Origin: a virus
Taxonomy: Duplodnaviria > Caudoviricetes
DNA: 64,000 nucleotides
Virus record (IMG/VR): IMGVR_UViG_3300042453_004186
Location: 425 to 64,424 of that record
Strand: one strand, 5' to 3'
Below, piece after piece: positions 58,508-64,000 of this stretch. The position numbers and the translations under genes were made by a program. A model generated the notes under the pieces. That model had not been told where the DNA came from. It was given only the letters and a program-made list of their open reading frames with translations, and did not search any database. Every line of letters starts with the position of its first letter. The stretch's first letter is position 1.

Positions 58508-58978
58508 ATGAATATTTTCTACATACATGCTAACCCGATTATTGCTGCTCAACAATTAGCCGATGATCATATTCGTAAAATGCAAATTGAATCAGCTCAA
58601 ATGTGTTGTACAGCACATTGGGAAACAGGTTCTGAAGCACCTTATAAACGTGCTCATAAAAATCACCCATCAACTATTTGGACTAGGCAATCAATTCAAC
58701 ACTACAATTGGTTAGTTGAACATGGGTTGGAAATATGTCGTGAGTTTGAGATGCGTTATGGCAAGTCACACGCAACAAAGAAAGTATTAGAATGGTGCCA
58801 AACCAACAAACCTAACCTACCAGACAATGGTTTTGTTGAACCGCCAAAGTGTATGCCTGAGGAGTTTAGAGTAGAGGATACTATTGAATCGTATAAGAAC
58901 TTTTATATTAACGATAAAGTTAAAGTTAAAAAGTTAGATTGGAAAAAAGTACCATCACGTAAACCAAATTGGATATGA
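58508..58978 (+). CDS. Pyrimidine-dimer DNA glycosylase-like (DenV family) protein
   Basis: MNIFY..A....D.H..KM..ESAQM, H.NHPST.W.R, EF..RYGK.H, CMP. Confidence 0.72.
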   Translation: MNIFYIHANPIIAAQQLADDHIRKMQIESAQMCCTAHWETGSEAPYKRAHKNHPSTIWTRQSIQHYNWLVEHGLEICREFEMRYGKSHATKKVLEWCQTNKPNLPDNGFVEPPKCMPEEFRVEDTIESYKNFYINDKVKVKKLDWKKVPSRKPNWI

Positions 58979-59481
58979 AAAAACTACTGATTTCTTTAGG
59001 AGCAATTGGGTTATTCACTAGCGGAACACTCTACACTGCCCCAGACCCAGCACCATGCTCTGTTTCACAACGAATGCATGACGCAATTGTATTATATGCT
59101 GATTCATTTGGGGTTCCTTTAAATATTGCTTTTAATATAGCATATCTAGAAACCACGTATAGAGGACCGCATGACCACGAGTATAATCACAGAAAAACAT
59201 CATCATGTGGAGCAGTTGGTCCAATGCAAATTATGCCTAGATGGGCTTCTCACTACGCTGGTTTTAATGTAACTAAACAGCAATTAAGAGACAGCATTGA
59301 ACTGAATGTGATGATATCAATGAAGATGATGGCTTCTAATTTTAGGAAAACTAAAAGTTGGAAACAAGCCGCCGGTAAATACCATACTGGTAAACCATGT
59401 ATTGATTGGTATGCTAAAAAAGCAGTACTAAAAGATTATAAAGTAAATTGGCTTAAACCAGATTCAATAGTAAATTTATAA
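58975..59481 (+). CDS. SLT-family lytic transglycosylase with signal peptide
   Basis: IAYLET, GAVGPMQIMP, YH.G. Confidence 0.8.
   Translation: MKKLLISLGAIGLFTSGTLYTAPDPAPCSVSQRMHDAIVLYADSFGVPLNIAFNIAYLETTYRGPHDHEYNHRKTSSCGAVGPMQIMPRWASHYAGFNVTKQQLRDSIELNVMISMKMMASNFRKTKSWKQAAGKYHTGKPCIDWYAKKAVLKDYKVNWLKPDSIVNL
59447..59478 (+). promoter_or_regulatory. Bacteroidota-type promoter
   Basis: ATTG-N20-TAAATTTA. Confidence 0.5.
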
Positions 59482-59492
59482 ACAAAAATAAT

Positions 59493-59741
59493 ATGGCTGA
59501 ATTTAGTAAACAATGGGTCGAGCTAAATGTCCCGGAAATGGGTTGGGATTTTGATATTGAAGTAGTCGCTTCTGAAATGCCTAAAAGTACAATGATTCCT
59601 TACATTTGTGAAGGGTTTGGGTTTTTAGCAATTGGGAAAGATGAAAACAATCAAATCCACCTAGCAATGCCCACAGGTAATTCCAGTAAAGAAGGATCTG
59701 AAATAGAATGGAAAAAAATAGAGGAGGTAATCAATGGTTGA
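59493..59741 (+). CDS. Hypothetical protein
   Basis: MAEFSKQ...ICEGFG. Confidence 0.7.
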   Translation: MAEFSKQWVELNVPEMGWDFDIEVVASEMPKSTMIPYICEGFGFLAIGKDENNQIHLAMPTGNSSKEGSEIEWKKIEEVING

Positions 59742-59973
59742 TCCTATGATGTCATTATATGAATACCTAGGTAAAGCAGCTGGGAATGATTTAGGTAAAC
59801 AAGTATATCTTGCTGCTTGCTATAAAGATATAAAAGTGGGGATGAGAGAAATATCTAACCCAAAATATACAGGTAATGTAATGTTGTACCCTAAGTCATT
59901 TTTGGATGGGTATTTCAATCCACCCACCCCTGAAGGAATTATTGGTAGTGAGGGAGAGGATTTACCATTTTAA
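59734..59973 (+). CDS. Hypothetical protein
   Basis: SLYEYLGKAAG...YPKSFL; acidic DLPF tail. Confidence 0.7.
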   Translation: MVDPMMSLYEYLGKAAGNDLGKQVYLAACYKDIKVGMREISNPKYTGNVMLYPKSFLDGYFNPPTPEGIIGSEGEDLPF

Positions 59974-60000
59974 AACAACTTAAAGAAATATGTACAAAAA

Positions 60001-60032
60001 TTTGGCCCTCGGGCCTTTTTGTCGTATATTTA
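60001..60032 (+). promoter_or_regulatory. Promoter overlapping terminator
   Basis: TTTG-N20-TATATTTA. Confidence 0.68.
60004..60020 (+). terminator. Intrinsic terminator
   Basis: GGCC-CTCG-GGCC + T5. Confidence 0.65.
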
Positions 60033-60058
60033 GAGTATAATTAAAAATAATAAAGGTT

Positions 60059-60385
60059 ATGAGCAAATCAATCACACTTTCAGGTAATCAAGAATTACAA
60101 TTCGTTACAGACAGTTGGGAAAAAACAGTTACAGTTTACTTATTTGATACAATAAGTGATACACGAGTAACATTAACCGAGTTTGTAGGTGGTAAATGGA
60201 CATCAAAATCAAATGCTCATTTAGATAAATTCTTTGAATTAATTAAAGTTAATCCTAAGATTAGAGTTGCAATGAAAAAAGCATTTGGTGAATTGAAAAC
60301 CGAAACACCAGTAAGTACATTTCAAACTACACTAAGTTGTTTTAAGCGTCGTTTTATCATCAAAATTAAAAAATTAGTAAAATGA
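60059..60385 (+). CDS. Hypothetical protein
   Basis: ORF track. Confidence 0.7.
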   Translation: MSKSITLSGNQELQFVTDSWEKTVTVYLFDTISDTRVTLTEFVGGKWTSKSNAHLDKFFELIKVNPKIRVAMKKAFGELKTETPVSTFQTTLSCFKRRFIIKIKKLVK

Positions 60386-60927
60386 AAACATTAGTAATAC
60401 ATCCTTCAGACTATTCAACTGATTTTCTGAAGCCAATCTACGAAGGTGTAGAGAATAAAACAGTTATTACTCAAAGTAAAAGCAGGGAAGAAATAATCGA
60501 GTTGATTGAAAGTCATGATCGAGTAATGATGATGGGACACGGATCACCCTCAGGTTTATTTGGAATAGGTTTTAATAGAATGTTTGTAGTTGACGGTGGA
60601 TTAGTTGAACATCTAAATAAAAAGAAAAACAACGTATTTATTTGGTGTAACGCAGATAGATTCGTTGAACGATTCCAATTAAAAGGATTCTATAGTGGGA
60701 TGTTCATCAGTGAAGTAGGTGAAGCATATTATTGTGGGTTACCAGATGTTCCCCAATCAGTAGTGGATGAATCAAACGATGAATTTGCTAGAATGCTAGG
60801 TGAATGTTTTACTGATAAGAAACAATTGAATGAATCTTATAATGACGTTAAAAATAGTTATGGTAAGTTGGCTGAAACCAACATCGTAGCAAAGTACAAT
60901 TATGAACGTTTATATTTAGCAAGTTGA
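60382..60927 (+). CDS. Hypothetical protein, possible caspase/gingipain-fold His-Cys peptidase
   Basis: VMMMGHG and VFIWCNA. Confidence 0.45.
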   Translation: MKTLVIHPSDYSTDFLKPIYEGVENKTVITQSKSREEIIELIESHDRVMMMGHGSPSGLFGIGFNRMFVVDGGLVEHLNKKKNNVFIWCNADRFVERFQLKGFYSGMFISEVGEAYYCGLPDVPQSVVDESNDEFARMLGECFTDKKQLNESYNDVKNSYGKLAETNIVAKYNYERLYLAS

Positions 60928-61664
60928 AAACAATAATATTAGGAGATATTCATGGCCGCAGTGTTTGGAAAGACATTGTTGCCCAAGAAAAAGCAGATCG
61001 AGTTATCTTTATAGGAGATTATTTTGACAGTTTTGATATTGATCCTGTTGTGCAACAACACAACTTTAAGGAGATTATTGAATTTAAGGAGAAGAGTGAG
61101 TGTGAAGTTATCTTACTAATTGGTAATCATGACTTCCATTATTTGCCAATGGGTGAAACATACTCCGGATATAAACATGGAGCAATGCCTGTTAATAGAC
61201 AACTATTAGAAGAAAATAAACATCACCTACAGATGTGTTATCAACTTGATAATATCCTGTTTACGCACGCTGGTATAGGTCATAATTGGTTAGTATACCA
61301 AAATCAATATGAACCATTTACAGATCAAGGTACTGTAACTAATATAGCTGATTTTGTAAATGCTATTTGGAAATACCAACCTAATCGTTTTATGTTCTGT
61401 GGTATTGATCAGTATGGTGATACTAAAACACAAACGCCTATTTGGATTAGACCTTCTAGTTTGATGTCTGGTAATAGAGATACATTCTTGAAAACAGATT
61501 ATATTCAAGTAGTAGGGCATACTAAGGTTAGAAAGATTGATATTGAAGGCAAAGCAACTGGAGGTAGATATTATTTTATTGATACCTTTGATGATTCAAG
61601 CCAGTTTTTAATTTATGAAGGTGAAGAATTTAAAGTAGGAGTAGTTGAGAATGAGACTGAGTGA
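60924..61664 (+). CDS. Calcineurin-like metallophosphoesterase
   Basis: GDIHG, GDYFD, GNHD, THAG, GHT. Confidence 0.92.
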   Translation: MKTIILGDIHGRSVWKDIVAQEKADRVIFIGDYFDSFDIDPVVQQHNFKEIIEFKEKSECEVILLIGNHDFHYLPMGETYSGYKHGAMPVNRQLLEENKHHLQMCYQLDNILFTHAGIGHNWLVYQNQYEPFTDQGTVTNIADFVNAIWKYQPNRFMFCGIDQYGDTKTQTPIWIRPSSLMSGNRDTFLKTDYIQVVGHTKVRKIDIEGKATGGRYYFIDTFDDSSQFLIYEGEEFKVGVVENETE

Positions 61665-61842
61665 GGTAACAGTGTATCCTAGAGTATATAATGTTGTTGA
61701 AACAACAGATTCTAGATTCACAAGTGATGAAGTGAAGGTATGTCAAGTAAGTGAAACATCATTACTGGTAGCTATAGGCTCAGGCCTAGCATTTGTATTA
61801 AGTAAAGAAGAAGCAAAACAAACTAAAGTAGAACCAAGATGA
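61651..61842 (+). CDS. Hypothetical protein
   Basis: ORF track. Confidence 0.55.
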   Translation: MRLSEVTVYPRVYNVVETTDSRFTSDEVKVCQVSETSLLVAIGSGLAFVLSKEEAKQTKVEPR

Positions 61843-62156
61843 AAAAAATAGCATTAACATTACTAAGCATAGGTTTAATCAGTTGTGATCTAATTACAGC
61901 ACCACCAATTCTTATTCCTCGTACTGATACTGTAGTTGTAAGTCCACAACCTATTATACCAACAGACACTACTAAAGCGTGGCCTATTAAAGTTATATCT
62001 GTAGAAAGAAATATAGATAAAAGTATAGATATGAAGTGGCAAGTAATAACTGAGAATGGAATTATGTATTATACTAACAAAAAGCCACAAATTGGAGATG
62101 TAGCTTTCTGTTTAGGAGTGGATGAAGAAATTGTTGAATGTGACTGCGAAAAGTAA
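61839..62156 (+). CDS. Putative lipoprotein
   Basis: MKKIALTLLSIGLIS-C lipobox. Confidence 0.65.
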   Translation: MKKIALTLLSIGLISCDLITAPPILIPRTDTVVVSPQPIIPTDTTKAWPIKVISVERNIDKSIDMKWQVITENGIMYYTNKKPQIGDVAFCLGVDEEIVECDCEK

Positions 62157-62190
62157 AAGTTAAGTGATATTTATCACTAAACAATTTACT

Positions 62191-63018
62191 ATGTTACTAA
62201 AAAACGGATCACGAGGAGAAGAAGTTAAACAACTTCAAACATTACTAGGCCTAGGAGCAGATGGAATATTTGGACCAGGCACTGAAGCTAAAGTTAAAGA
62301 ATGGCAAGCAGCTAACGGATTAGCAGCTGATGGTATTGTAGGAGATGGTACATGGGGTAAGATGTTTGGGACACCAGCACCAGCAGCACCCGCAGCACCA
62401 GTAGCAATACCACCAAGCTCATTTAAACTAGATGCTTTAAAAGGACATGTTCCCGACTCAGTAATAGCTCAAATCCCGGATACAGCTGCTAAATTCAATA
62501 TCACTACTCCATTACGTCTAGCTCATTTCTTAGCACAATGTGGACATGAGTCAGGTGGGTTTAAATTTATCAATGAAAACCTAAACTACTCAGCAGATGG
62601 ATTAAAAAAGATATTTGGTAAATATTTTCCTGGTGACTTAGCTAATTCTTATGCTCGTAACCCAGAAAAAATTGCTTCTCGTGTTTATGGAGCAAGAATG
62701 GGTAATGGTGATGAGTCAACAGGTGAAGGATATAAGTATCGCGGACGTGGTTACATCCAATTAACTGGTAAGTCTAATTACACTAATTTTGCTAATTTCA
62801 TAGGCGAAGACACAGTTGCTAATCCTGATTTAGTAGCAACTAAATACCCATTGGCATCAGCAGCATTTTTCTTTGACTCAAATAAATTATGGTCAATATG
62901 TGATAAAGGAGCTGATGAAGCAACTGTCACTGCGGTTACTAAGCGAGTAAACGGCGGTACAATTGGTTTACCTGATCGTATTAAACACTTCAATGAGTAC
63001 TATAGTTTATTGAAGTAA
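62191..63018 (+). CDS. Endolysin: peptidoglycan-binding domain + GH19 catalytic domain
   Basis: DGIFGPGT..WQ..GL.ADGIVG; FLAQCGHESGG, ENLNYS, YRGRGYIQLTGK.NY, VNGG..G..DR. Confidence 0.93.
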   Translation: MLLKNGSRGEEVKQLQTLLGLGADGIFGPGTEAKVKEWQAANGLAADGIVGDGTWGKMFGTPAPAAPAAPVAIPPSSFKLDALKGHVPDSVIAQIPDTAAKFNITTPLRLAHFLAQCGHESGGFKFINENLNYSADGLKKIFGKYFPGDLANSYARNPEKIASRVYGARMGNGDESTGEGYKYRGRGYIQLTGKSNYTNFANFIGEDTVANPDLVATKYPLASAAFFFDSNKLWSICDKGADEATVTAVTKRVNGGTIGLPDRIKHFNEYYSLLK

Positions 63019-63020
63019 CA

Positions 63021-64000
63021 ATGAACTCCCTAAAGAATAAAATTTCTTTATTTTTCAAAACCTTACTCAATTCTTTATTTGTAAAAAAGGAATTAAGTGA
63101 GACAGATAAGTTTATCGACAAAGCAGCTATTATATCTATAACTGATGAAAACGGTAAAATTACTTATGTAAATAAAAAATTTGAAGATATTTCTGGGTGG
63201 AAACTTGAAGAAGTTATAGGTAAAGACCATTCAATAGTTAATTCTGGAACCCAACCTGATGGGTATTGGGGTGAAATGTATAAGACAGTATTAAGAGGTG
63301 AGATATGGAATGACATTGTGTGTAATAAAACTAAAGACGGGGAGTATTATTGGGTAGACACTTACATTAGAGCCCGTTTTGATAAATGTGGTAAACTAAA
63401 AGGCTTCTCATCTATTAGGCAAGATGTTACCAAAATCATGGAACAATCAGCTGAGTTGAATAGAAAAAATATATATCTAGAGCACGCAGCTAAAATTCTT
63501 AGACATGACATGCACTCAGGTATTAACACCTATATACCAAGAGGTATTAGTTCATTAGAGAGAAGACTCAGTCCCGAAGATATCCAGAAATTAAAAATTG
63601 AAGCCCCTCTTAAAATGATTAAAGAGGGGTTAACTCATGCTCAAAAAGTCTATAAGGGTGTTTATGAGTTTACTAACTTAGTTAAAAAAGATGTTGTAAT
63701 AGATAAAGAATTATATAATCTAAAACAAATATTAGATTCTTATTTAACTTCAACTTCATATAAAAGTCAAGTATTAATTAAAGATTTACCTACTATAGAA
63801 GTTAATGAAGCATTATTTTGCACAGCTGTGGATAATCTTATTCGTAATGGTTTAAAGTACAATGACTCAGATACAAAAATAGTAACTATATTTATGGAAA
63901 ATGACTCTACTCTTGCTATTCAAGATAATGGTAGAGGAATAACTCAAGAAGATTTTAATCATTTATCTAAACCTTATACTCGTAAAGAAGGACAAAAAGA
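63021..64000 (+). CDS. PAS-domain sensor histidine kinase, 3' truncated
   Basis: Manual translation open to window end: TDENGKITYVNKKF.DISGW..EEVIGKDH...NKTKDG.YYWV...SIRQDVT; H-box ILRHDMHSG; N-box DNLIRNGLKYN; G1 QDNGRGI. Confidence 0.9.
   Translation, partial: MNSLKNKISLFFKTLLNSLFVKKELSETDKFIDKAAIISITDENGKITYVNKKFEDISGWKLEEVIGKDHSIVNSGTQPDGYWGEMYKTVLRGEIWNDIVCNKTKDGEYYWVDTYIRARFDKCGKLKGFSSIRQDVTKIMEQSAELNRKNIYLEHAAKILRHDMHSGINTYIPRGISSLERRLSPEDIQKLKIEAPLKMIKEGLTHAQKVYKGVYEFTNLVKKDVVIDKELYNLKQILDSYLTSTSYKSQVLIKDLPTIEVNEALFCTAVDNLIRNGLKYNDSDTKIVTIFMENDSTLAIQDNGRGITQEDFNHLSKPYTRKEGQK

Noticed and set aside
14231-60020. GGCC-YNCG-GGCC palindromes as CRISPR repeats or REP/IS ends
   Set aside because: Dispersed singly, kilobases apart, with no spacers, cas operon or transposase; explained as terminator/promoter units.
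3846-62993. Minus-strand ORFs in the track (e.g. 3846..4364, 11536..11961, 55063..55551)
   Set aside because: All are antisense shadows of well-supported plus-strand genes, with no recognisable motifs.
1-64000. Stop-codon reassignment
   Set aside because: Conserved genes are full length under the standard code; TAA, TGA and TAG (39924) all occur at plausible gene ends.

Overview
AT-rich 64-kb segment of a large T4-like dsDNA phage, probably infecting Bacteroidota; essentially all genes lie on the + strand. Order: virion fibre/lectin genes (1-5.3 kb); replication module (divergent PolA, SSB, RecA/UvsX, flap nuclease, helicase, NrdB/NrdA); a 7-deazaguanine cluster (TGT/DpdA-like, QueC, QueD, QueE, FolE) interleaved with two thioredoxins, an HPRT-like phosphoribosyltransferase and a MazG-like pyrophosphatase; PolB, clamp, GroES/GroEL, clamp loader, nuclease; a ~22-kb glycan biosynthesis locus; many small accessory genes; a GH19 endolysin followed by a PAS-domain histidine kinase that runs off the window and is absent from the ORF track. 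A recurrent nTTG-N20-TAnnTT(T/A)n promoter often carries an intrinsic terminator in its spacer and often sits 4 nt before a start codon, suggesting leaderless mRNAs. All calls come from motif recognition by eye; no database searches were run. No tRNA, rRNA, CRISPR array or transposase was seen.
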